From NCBI RefSeq assembly GCF_006345805.1, contig NC_042998.1:93930001-93994000 (forward strand): a stretch of 64,000 nucleotides of DNA. Direction: 5' to 3'. Both the position numbers and the translations under genes were made by a program. The stretch is from Octopus sinensis (lineage: Eukaryota). Below the pieces are notes generated by a model. It was not told where the DNA came from. It ran no database searches and was given only the letters and a program-made list of their open reading frames with translations. This document shows, one piece after another, positions 25,610-39,221 of the stretch; position 1 is the stretch's first letter; every line of letters begins with the position of its first letter.

Positions 25610-25648
25610 AGATGAAAGAAGAAAAATGGAGCAAAGAATTCCTGAAAA
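25610..25648 (+). CDS. Candidate start exon B, paralogue of exon A (ATG 25612; MKEEKWSKEFLK)
   Basis: Acceptor TTTTCTTTTTGCCAG; 39 nt; same ATG position and phase-1 end as exon A. The donor GTAACC is weak. Confidence 0.35.
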
Positions 25649-26364
25649 GTAACCATTTCTTATTATTTTCAACGTAAAAACAGCAAGCTAGAAAAATAGT
25701 TCGCACGTCAGAGCATAGAACTGGAAGAAATGTTATGCATTTTGCCTGAGATCAACTTTGCCCTTCCTCCTTTTGGGATCAATAAAATAAGTACCAGTCA
25801 GATACTGGGGTTGATATAATTGACTCACACTTCCCTCAGAATTGCTGGTCTTGTCCCAAAATTACAAAAGATTATTATTGGGTTGGTGTATAATTACTGT
25901 GACTTTTTTTCAACAAAAACAATAACAACATGTAACAAAAACATCTTTAACTGATTATTCCAGAGCATATCCACCATCTACTTCAATTACTGCTTCCCAT
26001 TTGCTTGGCAGACAGTCAGACTGTCATTTACAGATCTTTTTATTGAAAAAAGCCACAATATTTATGCACCAACCCAATATTTTTAATAAGACAGTCAACT
26101 CATAGAATCGTTTGTGTTCTGATTTCAAATTTAGCCAAAATCAGTTTTGTTTTTTATCCTTCTAAGCTTAATAAAATAAAGTACCACTCAAATACTGGAG
26201 TTAATGGTATCAAATTAGCCCTTCCCCTTAAAATCGCTGGCATTTTGCTTAAATTAGTGAGGATTATATTTTCAGCAATTTCATGAGTATTTTAAGTACA
26301 ACGCCAGATGTTCATGAAGTGCATACAGCATTGTTGTTTTCATAGATTTGTTTTGTAAACTACA

Positions 26365-26605
26365 TAATCATCATCATCATCGTTTAACGTCTGCTTTCCA
26401 TGCTAGCATGGGTTGGATGGTTCAACTGGGGTCTGGCAAGCTCGAAGGCTGCACCAGGCCAGTCAGATCTGGCAGTGTTTCTACAGCTGGATGCCCTTCC
26501 TAACGCCAACCACTCCGAGAGTGTAGTGGGTGATTTTATGTGCCACCGACACAGGTGCCAGGCGAGGCTGGCAGACGGCCACGCTCGGATGGTGTTTTTA
26601 TGTGC
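26365..26605 (-). mobile_element. Short retroposon, family B, with (GAT)n tail
   Basis: Core GGTTGGCGTTAGGAAGGGCATCCAGCTGTAGAAAC and tail GGAAAGCAGACGTTAAACGATGATGAT. Absent from tandem copy 1. Many other copies, e.g. about 3085, 12590, 29170, 30865, 32940, 39221, 49135, 49910, 50095, 55765. Confidence 0.85.
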
Positions 26606-28355
26606 CAACATTATTGTAGAGTTTATGTAGATACTGTTTGTTGCAACTCTTTCGTAACTATTTTAAGAGAACATTTTAACAGTTTTCATTAGCAATGTAT
26701 TTCATACAGACATGACTGTGTGGTAAGGTGTTTTTTCTGCATTTTGTGTTCAGTTCCTGTACGTGACACCTTGGGCAAGTGTCATCTACTATGGCCCCAG
26801 ACTGACCAAAGCTTTGTGGACTTGGTAGACAGAAACTGAGAGAAATTTGTTTGTGTGGTGTGTATATGTGTGTTACTGTCTTCTTGTCTTGACATCATGT
26901 GGTAGTTGTAAACAAGCTTCACCATCATACAAGTAGTCTTTGTTTCTATTCTTCTGTGAAACCAGGTCTGGGTCTGGACATGGGGAAATATTACCTTACT
27001 TGAAAACACTTGTCTGTTCGTGACAACAGGGGTATCTGGCTGTTGAAAATCTACCTCAACAACTTCTATCTGATCCGTGCCAGCATGGAAAAGTAGGCAT
27101 TAAAGTGATGATGATGATTACAAGCCATGCAAATGTTTTGTGGCCTCAACAGACAATAGGACAAATATATTTCCTCAATGAACACTTGAGTTGTTCCATC
27201 TTGCAGGATTTACTCATGTGGGTGGCAATCCCTATCCCACTCAGGCTGAGTGTTGTGACACAGGACATCAGACATTAGCACCGTTATAACTTTGTAAAGA
27301 AACCTATCTGGGAACAGCCAACATATTGTCAGCTTGCAACTTTCCCGTTGCGCATTGAAGCTGTTTCTGGCATCAGTTTTAGCAGATTGCTGCTGGAAAA
27401 AGTAGTGCTGCAAGTTGCGTTCCAGATTAATCTTTGCTGCCTCATTACAAGTAGATCATGATGCTGTTGCATCTTCTACTCATCTCCTCACTTTAACTCT
27501 TAAGTCTTTTTTTTTTGTCTCTGACACCCTGTTTGTTATAATGATGAATGTTCTTATTTCTTTATTGCCCACAAGGGGCTAACATAGAGGGGACAAACAA
27601 GGACAGACAAAGGGATTAAGTCGATTACAACCCCAGAAGGATGAAAGGCAAAGTTGACCTCAATGGAATTTGAACTCAGAACGTAAAGACAGACGAAATA
27701 CTGCAAAGCATTTTGCCTGGCACGCTAATGTTTCTGCCAGCTCACCGCCTTCGTGAATGTTCTATTTGATCTGATCAATGGAACAGCTTACACAAGTGGC
27801 TGAACACTCCACAGACTGGAGCCTGGTGCAGCTCTCTGGCTTGCCTGCTCTGGTCAGACCGTCCAACTCATGCCAGTATGGAAAACAGATGTTAAAGGAT
27901 GATGATATCTGTGTGTGTGGGTAAACACACAGGCACCTCAAAGTAAATAGACACCAGTTTTGAAAGATTTATTTCTAGAAACAAAATAATGTTGTTTTAT
28001 GCACTTCAACACTTAATTTAGTGTTTAGTTGACACATGGCTTACATAATACATTAATTACTGATTGTGTCTGCACAAATAAAAAGATATGTTGAGCAGGT
28101 GTCTAGTTGTTTTGGGGACATCTTTGTGTGTGTCAATGTATATGGTTACATAACCAACTACATGTAATCTCTATTATGGGTCAGAAATAACTAGTTATTT
28201 TGTTATTGTGGTTAGTTGAAGCTAAATAGACAATATTATATTATATTTCTTTGTTTAACTTAATCCATTTAGTGTTAACAGTGTCCCTGACCTTTTGCAT
28301 GACCTCTCAGACCAATGAGTTTAATATAGTTAATGTTTACATTGAATATTTGTAG

Positions 28356-28462
28356 GAAAAATATGGATAAATGGGAAATATCGCAAGGTTGCAGCTGTCG
28401 GGAGTAAGGTCTGGGAGGTGAGACACAATAATTATGATGGAAGCAGAGAGAGGAGAGATGAA
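28356..28462 (+). CDS. Internal coding exon of the torsin-like gene (xKIWINGKYRKVAAVGSKVWEVRHNNYDGSRERRDE)
   Basis: Acceptor ATATTTGTAG, donor GAA|GTATGT; 107 nt, phase 1 in and phase 0 out, open frame. Joins exon 34382 in frame. Confidence 0.6.
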
Positions 28463-30140
28463 GTATGTATCTTGCTAATTCAGAAGAATAATCAGTGACT
28501 AGTGTCCATTCTCATGGTGAAAGCACGTTGCTGATTTATATGTGGTGGGGAGGAGTATGGTTAGGCAGAAGTGCCACCCGACAGATCTGAACAGGGTAGG
28601 TCTAAATGAGTTTTACTTGCTTTGAGTCCTAAATTCTGGGATAGCATGATGATGACACTAAAATATTAATGAAGCATTCAAATTCAGCCCAAATTGAATT
28701 AGAGCACTTTTTTTAATTTGCGTATTCCTAGTGATGAACCTGTGAATAGATGGCTGAAACTACTTGGCAACAGAATATTAGCATTTAAACTGGCCATATC
28801 CAGCCAAAACATTCTACCTGTTTAATGTTTAAAGCAGCCAGATTCAGCCTCTTACACCTACCTTACAATGTTATTCTAAAAATAGACAATTACAATTGAA
28901 CTCTCAAAGTTACAACATAATGCATTATTAATAAAAAAAGCAAAAAAAAACAATGTGAATAAATAAGCAAACATGTTTGTGTGGTAAGAAGCTTGGTTCC
29001 CAACCACATGGTTCCAGGTTCAGTCTCACTGCAGGACACCTTGGGCAAGTGTCTTCTACTATAACCTCAGGCTGACCAAAGCCTTGTGTGTGGATCTGGT
29101 TGACAAGAAGCCTGTCATCATCTGAAAGAAGCCTATCATCGTCATCATTTAACGTCCATTATACATATATATATATCCTCATCATCATTTAACATCTGTT
29201 GTCCATGTTGGTATGGGTCGGACAGTTTGACCAAGGCTGGTAAGCAGAGGAGCTGCACCAGACTCTGGTCTTATTTGGCATTGTTTCTATGGCTGGATGC
29301 CCTTCCAAATGCCAACCACTCTGAGAGTGTAATAGGTGTATAATTTTACTAAGCTTGATGGGTCTTCATATTGCCAAAGGTCTCAGTCATATGTTACATC
29401 CCTGTAACTTAGCAGTTCAGCGAAAGAGACCAATAGAGTAACTACTAGGCTTACAAAGAATGAGTCCTGGGGTCAATTTCTTTCACTAAAAACCCTTTAA
29501 GGCAGTGCTCCAGCATGGCCATGGTCAAATGACTGAAACTAGTAAAAGAATTACATTTGACAGAGTAAACTGAATGCCAAAGGTTAAATTTATATTACTT
29601 AGTTGTTCAACTGGTAGTCATTAGAGACTCAAATAGAATACCTTGTAGTATTTGTTCTGATTATCCATGCTTTGGGTTCAAATCCTGCAAAAGTCAGCTT
29701 TGCCTTTTAGTCTTTCAGGGGTTGATTACAAAAAAGAAATGTACCAGTGTAGGGCAGTGGAATGATGGGATTTTAAGAATGTGAAACTGGTGGTCTCAAG
29801 GTATTAGTTCCAAATCTTTGCATTCAAATCTCACCATAGCCTCCTTAGATTCTATTAGCACTATCCTCTATTGTGAGCATTTGGACCGGGTCTCTAATTT
29901 GGCGAATACCTCTCTACTTCCTATCCTCTAGTCTTGGGAGGCTCTGTAAAATGTCATGGCACTATCTTCCTCCTGATTAAAAGGTAAAAAAAAAAAATTA
30001 TTACATGTGTTTGTTTACTATATTTTTTATTAATAATATAAATAATAGAATCCACATTTTTTTTATTAACAAATGAATTTTTTTCTTGTATTTCATATTT
30101 AGTAAACATCATGATTCCAAGCTAAAAAGAGGAAAGGTAA

Positions 30141-30324
30141 TTAACCCTTTCGTTACCATATTTATTTTGAGATACTTGTAACTTAGTTATCATTAAGCAA
30201 GTGTTAGGAACATAAATTGTGACTAAAGTTTGGTAGAAGAATTCAATTCAAAACTTATGAAAACAAAACATTTGTACGACAGAGCCAGAGGTGGTTTCAG
30301 CCGGGTTGGTATTGAAAGGGTTAA
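30141..30324. mobile_element. piggyBac-type MITE
   Basis: TTAA at 30141-30144 and 30321-30324; TIR CCCTTTCGTTACC / GGTATTGAAAGGG. Confidence 0.8.
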
Positions 30325-33201
30325 ACATTCTAATTATTGTGTTAGAAATGATTTCTGTGAAATATGAACCACTGGGTTTTTAGCTGAGATCAAGAATCTA
30401 TTATGTTTGAGATCATTCTTACCTTTTATCTGTCCTGTGTCATGTGTGATACACAGCACATATTTCCTGGGTATCCATGAATCATATATGATACATATTC
30501 CTAATTTTTCTCAATCAGCAGAGTAACATGATTTATGAAAGGAAAGCTTTATGTTCATCAGAGCATATGAAACAAGGGTTTATTAAAAGTCCGAAAACCA
30601 GCATGGACATTTAAGACAAACTTATGAAAATGCTTTGGACAGACAATGGGTTAATACTGTAACGTGTTTCAGATTAGAATTGAAGCTAGATTCATTTTGC
30701 GAACAACTTATTGTCATCACATCAATACTTATTTCCTAGTTAGTAAGTCTTTATTAAAATTAAGATTTCTTTTGAACAGAAAATGATGCCATACAAATAA
30801 TGGTTGCCTGGGAAATAGCAGAGGAGAAGACTATATACGAGACACAAAACAGAATAAGGGTTATCATCATCATCATCATTGTTTAACATCCACTCCCCAT
30901 GCTGGCATGGGTTGGATGGTTTGACATAGAACTGTCCATTGAAGCATAGTTTCTACAGCTGGATGCCCCTCCTAATACCAACCACTTTACAGAGTATGTT
31001 GGGTGCTTTTTATGTGTCACTTTCATTGGTGCATTGACACAGCACCAACAGGTGCATTAATGTAGCACCAGCACTGGTGCTCTTTAAGTGGCACTCACGC
31101 CTGAAAGGATATGACTATGTGTGGAAGACTGTGATTTTGTTTAGTTAACATGTCTTATCAAGTACAGTAAGTCACCACATCTCCTGGTCCCTTGTCATTT
31201 CCATTGTTTAAAATTCTATAAAAAAATAAATATATATTTATGAATCTCAATAAATGAAAGTGACTGGGTGAGGGGAAATGATGAAAAATAATGTGGAAGG
31301 GAACAGTGGAGAAGAAAAACCCTAAAGGATATGGTTTTAGATGATGAAGATGAGAATAAAGGCAAGAGGCTGTCGAAGGGAATGTAGATGACAGGGCAAA
31401 ATGGAGTAGACTGTTGTGGGTCCACAAGGTTATTCTCACTTTAGATATGTCAAGTTTATAGAAGCAACATGACTTGCAGAAAATACCAATTCTATTTTTG
31501 GTAAATATTTAACATCATGAAATTTAATTGTTGAGTTGTAATAAAAATGGTATGTTCATAAAGCAGCCCTATCATCCTATCAGGGTTTAAAATTCGAATC
31601 ATCTGAAGACTTGCTCATCATCATCATAACTATCATCTTACATCTGTTTTCCATGGCATAGGTTGGATGGTTTGACAGCAGCTGCACCAGGTTCCATAGT
31701 CTATTAATAAAATAAGCATAGGCATAGTAGTGGCTGTGTGGTAAGTAGCTTGCTTAAAGACTAATGTATTAGAGCAGCAAAAAATCGGTGGGCATTTTTG
31801 TCTTCTCCCATCAATATCTTTTATTTAATCTTTTTTCATCATTCATCTCATTAATGTTTCTGTCTAGCCTGCAAGCTACACTTTGTAATGCCGTCATGGC
31901 AAATTTTACGAACTAAAGTAGCTTGCTTATGAACCACCTGGTCCCAGGTTCAGTCCCACTGGATGGTACCAGGGCAAGTGTCTTCTACTATAGCCTCAGG
32001 CCGACCAAAGCCTTGTGAGTGGATTTGGTTGACAGAAACTGAAAGAAGCCCATCGAATGTATATATGTATATGTGTGTGTGTGTGTCTGTGTTTATCCTC
32101 CCAACATTGCTTGACAGCCAATGCTGGTGTGTTTATGACCCTGTAACTTAGCAGTCCGGCGATAGAATAAGTGATGGGGTCGATTTGCTCAACTAAAGGT
32201 GGTGCTCCAGCATGGCCACAGTCAAATGACTGAAACAAGTAAAAGAGTAAAGAGAATTTTATCCCTTCCACTACAGAGAAGTGTAGTATCACTATTAATG
32301 AATTCAATATATACTTAAAATATTACTCATTATGCTTCTTCTTAAAATCTCTTTCACACCACATAAGTATAACCGTGTGCCACTGCTTCTTCACCTCCTT
32401 TTATCCAAGTTTGTTTAGTGGTTTGTTTTTTTTTCCTAACCCATCAAACTCATTCAGACTACCTTTAAACATGTCCAGTCAAACTACTCAAGTGAATTCA
32501 GAGTCCAAATGGGCAGAGAAAAATCATCATCATTTAACACCTGTTTTCCGTACTGTTCCATACTGACACAGGTTGGACACTTTGACATGGTTCAGAGAGC
32601 CAGAGGGCCAAATCAAGCTCCAATGTCAGCTTTGGCATGGTTTCTATGGTTGGATACCCTTCTTAACACCAACCACTTTCCCACATGCACCAACCCAATA
32701 ATTATGAAAGGTAATTTTACAGATGTGCTGCAAAAATTTTGTCAGCTCATGAAAGAAATGAAGAATGGAATTTAACAGTTTCCGTGTTAGAATTCCTAAA
32801 ATGTTTCTTCCATGATGTATTGACTGGTTTCTCTTGTGTGTATTGCTTTCATTTTATGTCTTTTGCAATACTATGATGGGTTGTATGGACACTTATTGAA
32901 CTTCGATTTTGCCTCCCCCCCCGCCCCGACTGGTCCTGTGCTGATAGCACGTAAAAAGCACCCACTACACTCTTGGAGTGGTTGGCATTAGGAAGGGCAT
33001 CCAGCTGTAGAAACATTGCCAGATCAGATTGGAGCCTGGTGCAGCCTCCTGGCTTGCCAATCCCCAGTCAAACTGTCCTACCCATGCCAGCATGGAAAGC
33101 GAACATAAAACGATGACGGAGATGATGATGATGGCACTCGTGAGGTCACCTTGTAACAAATCATGTTTATGCATATTTTTTAAACTGATATTACTGTTGA
33201 G

Positions 33202-33444
33202 TTAACCCTTAGGAGATGACAAGGCCAGTCTATCTGCCAAAAAGTCAAATTACAAAGAAGATTGTATTAGTTCATTCAGTTTCCTACAAGAATACATATA
33301 GTTTTATATATGTAAAGTAATTACTTTATTTCTTTTTTTTTTTTTTTTTTTGAAAAATAAGTGCATGCCATGTAAGGCTTGTGAAAAGGGCTTTGTCTTC
33401 TTGGTATTGAAACTCCAAATGTGGCTCCATCTCCAAAGGGTTAA
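33202..33444. mobile_element. piggyBac-type MITE (different family)
   Basis: TTAA at 33202-33205 and 33441-33444; TIR CCCTTAGGAGATG / CATCTCCAAAGGG. Confidence 0.8.
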
Positions 33445-34381
33445 ACATTTTGGACCACTACCACTTGCCAAAGCATTTCAAAGTATCTGAGATATTTATT
33501 TTACTACTCTGATAGAAATCTGAACTTGGAAGTTATCAGATCTTTTTACTTTCTGAACAACTGGAGATGACACGAGAGGCTAATAATGGCAGAAATAGTG
33601 TTAAAAAAAATATATTCTCTCTGACTATATATCTCCCCTATAGCAAGACATCTGTTCCTGTCTCTCTATCATACTTTAACCTCTCATCACTTGGCATAAA
33701 GCCACCTCTCTCAATACCACAATCCCATAAGTTGAGGCTCTTGTCTTGCAAGTTACTTGAGGACCTCACTGTTACTGGTGCTACATAAAAGCCACCCAGT
33801 ACACACACTAAAGTGGTTGGTATAAGGAAGGGCATCCAGCTATAGAAACCATGCCAAAACAGATATTGGTTTAGAACACCAAAGAGGTTTCTAAAAAATA
33901 TTACATGCTAGTTCATATAGCTTCTCACCATCTGTTACAAAGTGCTATCCACTCTAAGAATTACTGTAAATTTGAACAGGCTTCTTATAAAGTATTTTAT
34001 CCAATCTTGAAAATTGCTTAACTCTTCTTTGGTACCAACCTGCTCAAAACTGCCCTTAGTTCTACTATATGAACTCCCTGTCTTAAATCTAAAACCTATC
34101 CAGTTTAATAATGTCAGTTATTTTACTAAACTTGTCAATGTTTTCATAATTAATTGAAGCAAAGGCTGTGTATTTCATCAGAAATACAGCAACAAAAGAG
34201 TCAAAGGTAGTAGTCTATGATATTATAATTACTTAATAAATTTCTCATTTTTACTAATTTATGTATTTCTACATTTGATTAATATTAGTTAATTTTTGAA
34301 TTCTTGAAATGGTATGTTAAATTTTAAGCAAAAACATATCTAAATTATATTTTTAATTCTGTTTTTTTTTTTTCTTTAAAG

Positions 34382-35323
34382 AAGGCAGCCAAAGTAAAGG
34401 AGTACCCGAAATTTCCATCCTGTTGTATATTTGCTTTTATAACTTCATTTATTTTTTTATTTCTAATTTTTTACATTTCTCATTGTCATAAAATTCCACC
34501 TTGGGAAAGACATTCAGTGTCTGAGTCTTTATCAACAAAGATAATTGGTCAGGATTTAGCTATTCACCTTGTTGTAGAGTCATTAACAGATCACATTAAG
34601 AGTTTAGAGACTAACTATCCTCAACCACTGGTTTTGTCTTTCCATGGAGGTGTCGGAGTTGGAAAAACCTATTTGGCTTCTCTTCTCTATAAATATCTTC
34701 CTGAAAATACTCAATTATTTATATTTTCTTTCTCACATCATTATAAATTTGATTCTACCCAAAATAGTGAAAACAAACTTTTGACTTGGATATATAGAGA
34801 GTTATCACCATGTCACTGGAATATATTTATTCTTGATGACTTTGAAGATACAGGATCTGCTCAACAGATCCTCACAGAGACTTTAACACATTTAAAAGGT
34901 TCAAATTTGTATAAGTATACTTATACGCTATTCATAATCATAAGTACCATAAACTCTGAAAATATAAATAACATTGTGTTCAGAAAAGTGCAAAGTGGTC
35001 ATCAGAACAAGTTGAAATTAGCTGATTTTGAACATGTATTTCAAGAAGATAGCCAAAATGAATGGTTTTTTAAATTACACAAGCAGGGTCTTATTGATGC
35101 TGTTGTACCTTTCTTTCCCCTTAATAAAACTAATGTTTTAGAATGTATAAAAGCTGAATTAGCTAACCATCATCATATTATAGATGAAGACTTTGCAAAG
35201 GAGGTATTGAAGGAAATTTACTTCAACTCTACTAAGGCCTTCAATTACGAATATTCCAGCTCAGGCTGCAAAAAAGTATCTGACAAAATATATTTACGGA
35301 TGAATAAAACATTGACTAATTAA
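34382..35323 (+). CDS. TOR4A-like: Terminal coding exon of a torsin-family AAA+ protein with N-terminal membrane anchor
   Basis: The frame is open from acceptor TTTCTTTAAAG|AAG, 135 nt upstream of the listed ORF. Hydrophobic segment CCIFAFITSFIFLFLIFYIS; IIGQDLA; PLVLSFHGGVGVGKT (Walker A, 34646-34669); CHWNIFILDDFE (Walker B); VVPFFPLNKTNVLEC; YSSSGCKKV (torsin GCK motif); stop at 35321-35323. Confidence 0.92.
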   Translation, partial: KAAKVKEYPKFPSCCIFAFITSFIFLFLIFYISHCHKIPPWERHSVSESLSTKIIGQDLAIHLVVESLTDHIKSLETNYPQPLVLSFHGGVGVGKTYLASLLYKYLPENTQLFIFSFSHHYKFDSTQNSENKLLTWIYRELSPCHWNIFILDDFEDTGSAQQILTETLTHLKGSNLYKYTYTLFIIISTINSENINNIVFRKVQSGHQNKLKLADFEHVFQEDSQNEWFFKLHKQGLIDAVVPFFPLNKTNVLECIKAELANHHHIIDEDFAKEVLKEIYFNSTKAFNYEYSSSGCKKVSDKIYLRMNKTLTN

Positions 35324-36457
35324 ATTCAGTGAGTCTCGAACGGTTTATTATTTATCTTGAATTATTTTGTTTCCAACACGACGTGTTTCATTGTAATTTC
35401 TCTACTCTTTTGCTCCTGTCATACAACTGCAACCATACTGGAGCACTGCCTTTTAGAGTTGGTTGAACAAATTGACCAGAGTACTTAATTTTTTGAGTTT
35501 GCTGTGTCTGTGTTTGTCCCTCCACCATCACTTCACAACTGATGCTGGTATGTTTACATCCCCGTAACTTAACGGTTTGGCAAAAGAGACTGGTAGAATA
35601 AGTACTAGGCTTACAATGAATGAGTTCTGGAGTCAGTTTGTTCGACTTAAGACAGTGCTCCAGCATGGCCACAGTCAAATGACAGAAACAAAGAGTAAAA
35701 AAGATTATCAAACCCATTTGCCAAACCACTAAATTATCATCAACATCATCGTTATTTAATGGTCGTTTTTATGTTGGCATGTGGGTTGGGCAGTTCAACA
35801 GGAACTGGTAAGCTCTGCTGTCTGCTTTGGTATAGTTTCTACAGCTTGATGCTCTTCCTAACACCATCTACTTTACAGACTGTGCTGGATGCTTTTTAAA
35901 TGGCACCAGCAGCAATGAGATCAAGACAAGATCTCTCTCACCTGAGGGTTAGAGTAGTACTGAGGGAGGTGATAGAAACGTTCCCCTTTGGAAAACAATT
36001 TAAGAGGAGAGTACTTATCTTGGAGCAGAGACAGAAAATCCTTGTAAAGAATTATAGCATTTTGCCCTGATGCAGCCTATTTGAAAAGTCAACAAGATAT
36101 CTTCCTCCAATTTCTCCCTCTCCTTCACACTAATCCCTGACATTACTCTTCCTGTTCCCCTCTCTTTTATATCTGTTATTCTCTCCATTACCATCCTCTC
36201 CAAATAAATCTGTTCGTTACATCATGGCTTACTTTTAGCTTTGTAAGCTGCTAGACAATCCACACAATGCTGGTGCAACATAAAGCACCCAGTACAATCT
36301 GTAAATGACTTACAATTTGAGCAACAACACAGCAGAGCTTGAGATTTCACTTTAGTTTTGTTGATAGCAAAACAACCTCTGCAGTATTGCTGCCATGAAA
36401 GAAAACAATGCATCCAGTGCACAATATAGAGTTGTTGATAGAAGCAGTATTTTCATC

Positions 36458-39189
36458 TATAACTTTGGCAATGCAAGCATAGTACCTGATTAACCTACAC
36501 ATTGTACAATTATTTTGTTTTTTATTTTTGGTTCTTATGTATATATTTTATTTATGATTAATTATAAGTAGGTCCATTATCTACAAAGGGAATGTACTTC
36601 ATTCCAAGTCATTCCAAACCATGTTCTCCAGGTAAATAACAAAATGTATTATAAACAAATTAGTGAACATGAGTTTGATGAGCAAGGTAACTTTTGAAAA
36701 TCACAGGAACAAGCACATCTGAACTGAAGGATACACCACAACCAGTTGTCCACATTCTCACTTGCAAGGAACCAATGCAAGATGGATCGAAACGATCATA
36801 ATGATTAATAAAGAATCTCACGAATTCCATTTTCTCTTTCTCTCAAATATTGTATACTCGACAGAAACAGGAATTCCTGAAGTAAATCCATTGGTACTTA
36901 TGTCATACTTGTTGATGATATCAGGCAGCCGAAGACAGTGAATGTTCTTTAAACAGCATACTACTAGGTGCATATCCAAATTTAAAATTATTACTCACAT
37001 ATATGTATGTATGTACACATAAAATTTACACTAGACATAAAATATACACTATATGCAAGATTTCCACAAGATTATAGTAACATTCTGTTAAATAAAAGAA
37101 AAATTTTATTAATAGTTTAATAGCTTTTAAAAAAATATTTTTCCGATTATTGTAACTGCATCAAGTAATTTTTTACGAAAGTTTTTATAAGTATAATTTT
37201 TTCCTGGTCTCTTTCTACTTAGTCTGACCAAATAACGATTTATTAAATTTTTACGGAAAAGAAAATATTGCGGACCATACAAGAAATATCATGGGAAGTA
37301 ACTCATATTCATTTAACTTTCGTATGCCAACAAGTAAATAAAGGGACGTAACTCAGCTCTACAATTAAATATCCACGTAACTCTTCAAAGATGCAGTGTT
37401 CATACAGTTTTCTTCTTAACATCATACAAAATGTCTCACAGTATTTTATGACATTTAACACTCAGAGTTCAAAGCCCTCCGAGATCAACTTTGATTTAAT
37501 CTTCTAACACCCCACCAGGCGCACACAGATTGTTGCTTTGTGTCTATGTTAGAAACAATTATGAATAGTGTTATGTATTTTATCTGTAAAATTCGAATAT
37601 ATGTACCAGTTTTATATGCTATGAGGAAAACTAGAAAACTGTTTCAAGCAAGTTCTTTGTCACAGGAAAGAAAATTTGTTTCTAAAGTTAATAATAACAC
37701 CGAGGAAATAGGATTTGTCTATGGTTGGACAATGAAGCTACTGATGTGGACAGAAATGGTAGAGCAATGAAGTAGTGGTTCTTAATCTTTAACCATTAAT
37801 ATTCATTTAGCAAATCACTCGTGCTTTGTGTCCCCATCCCCGCTCTTTTTAGATTGGATAATACGATAAATATATCAACAGGTAAAGTACACAGCTATGG
37901 GGACGTGGTTTGCATTCTCATATGGTAACCTAGTCATGGGATACTTGAAAGAAAAGCATTATGAAGAAGTGGATAGGGCTTTCAATCAAGATTGCAAGAA
38001 ATATGCCATTATAAAGTGGAAATGCTTCATCTTTTGGGACAAATAAAATGGGTACCTACAAATATTTAATAATATACTCAACACATTTCACCCATCCATC
38101 AAATTTATGACAATCCAGTTGCAATGAATTACCATTCCTGGATATTCACATAAAAATACGCAACTCCACAGTCACAGCAGACATATTTTACAAAATAACA
38201 GATTCACACCAATATTTGAATTTCTACCTTTGCTATCCCTCACACATCAAAAGGAACATCTTATATAGCATAGCAAGACATCTGTACTATAATGATTGAC
38301 CCCCAAAATACACTACATCCGACTTAACAGGCTTTCTAACAAAGCAGAAATACCCCTTATGATTAATAAACGAGGGTATTAAAAAGGTATTGAAGCTGAG
38401 TATCACACAATTAAAGACACCAAAAAGAAAAATTAATGAACACATTATTCTATTTATCATTACACACAATCCTGGGGTAGCCAACATCTTTCACACCATA
38501 AAATCAAACCTACCTATACTTCTACAAATCCCCAAAATAAAAAATTTGATTGACAACAACCACTTACAAAGCAGTAGACGCCAACCAAAAAGTCTCAAAA
38601 AACACCTCACCAAAGCAAACTTCACATCAGAGAATGAATCAGGTTTCTCCGTAAAAGAATGGGAAAATAATAGATGTGGGCAACTTTAAATATTTAGAAA
38701 ATGGTTCCCACATAAAATTCAAGAGCAGATTCTCATTCAGAGTAAATGCAGATATGAACTGAAAATTGCAGAATCTCGCTCATATATTGCATTACTTGCC
38801 ACAACTGCAAGGAAAATTACATTGGTGAAATAAGCAATTCCCTCTGCCAATGTGCAAGAATCCAGAGACAATACATCCGAAAAGAAGAATTGTGTAAGAT
38901 TCCACTGAGCAAGCATCTTGAAATATGCAGTGAAAGAATCTTTTCCTTTTACAAATTTTCAAGTAGTGACCCAAAATTCCAAAAAGCAATGGAGCTACAC
39001 TTCATCAAAAAATTCTCTCCAAAATTAAATGTTTGAAAGAGAAGCAGGGAATCCACATTTTTACTATTATTTTTTTAATAGTAATGGTGATGGATGAAGA
39101 AAAAACATTTATTATTACATTATTACTGTTGTTTCTGAATGTGACTCCAATGTTAATAACGTGATACTCATCTCTATAACTGATCAGAT

Positions 39190-39221
<32 letters not shown>

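Larger units (their letters stand above)
23796..26690 (+). repeat. Diverged tandem duplication (copy 1 23796 to about 25320; copy 2 25369 to about 26690)
   Basis: Shared anchors in the same order: AAATTCTGTGGTAGACTTTAG, CAAAAATATTT, GTTTTAAAAGAATTT, CAGAATTGCTGGTCTTGT, ATGAGTATTTTAA, GAGAACATTTTAACAGT. Confidence 0.9.

Noticed and set aside
30515-30860. Possible extra torsin-gene exons (QSNMIYERK...DI*; ENDAIQIMVAWE...)
   Set aside because: The first ends in a stop before the torsin domain and the second has no donor; exons 28356 and 34382 already join in frame.
39080-39125. Possible hammerhead ribozyme remnant after the Penelope ORF (GATGGATGAAGAAAAAAC)
   Set aside because: The CTGATGA and GAAA cores and the stems are not intact.
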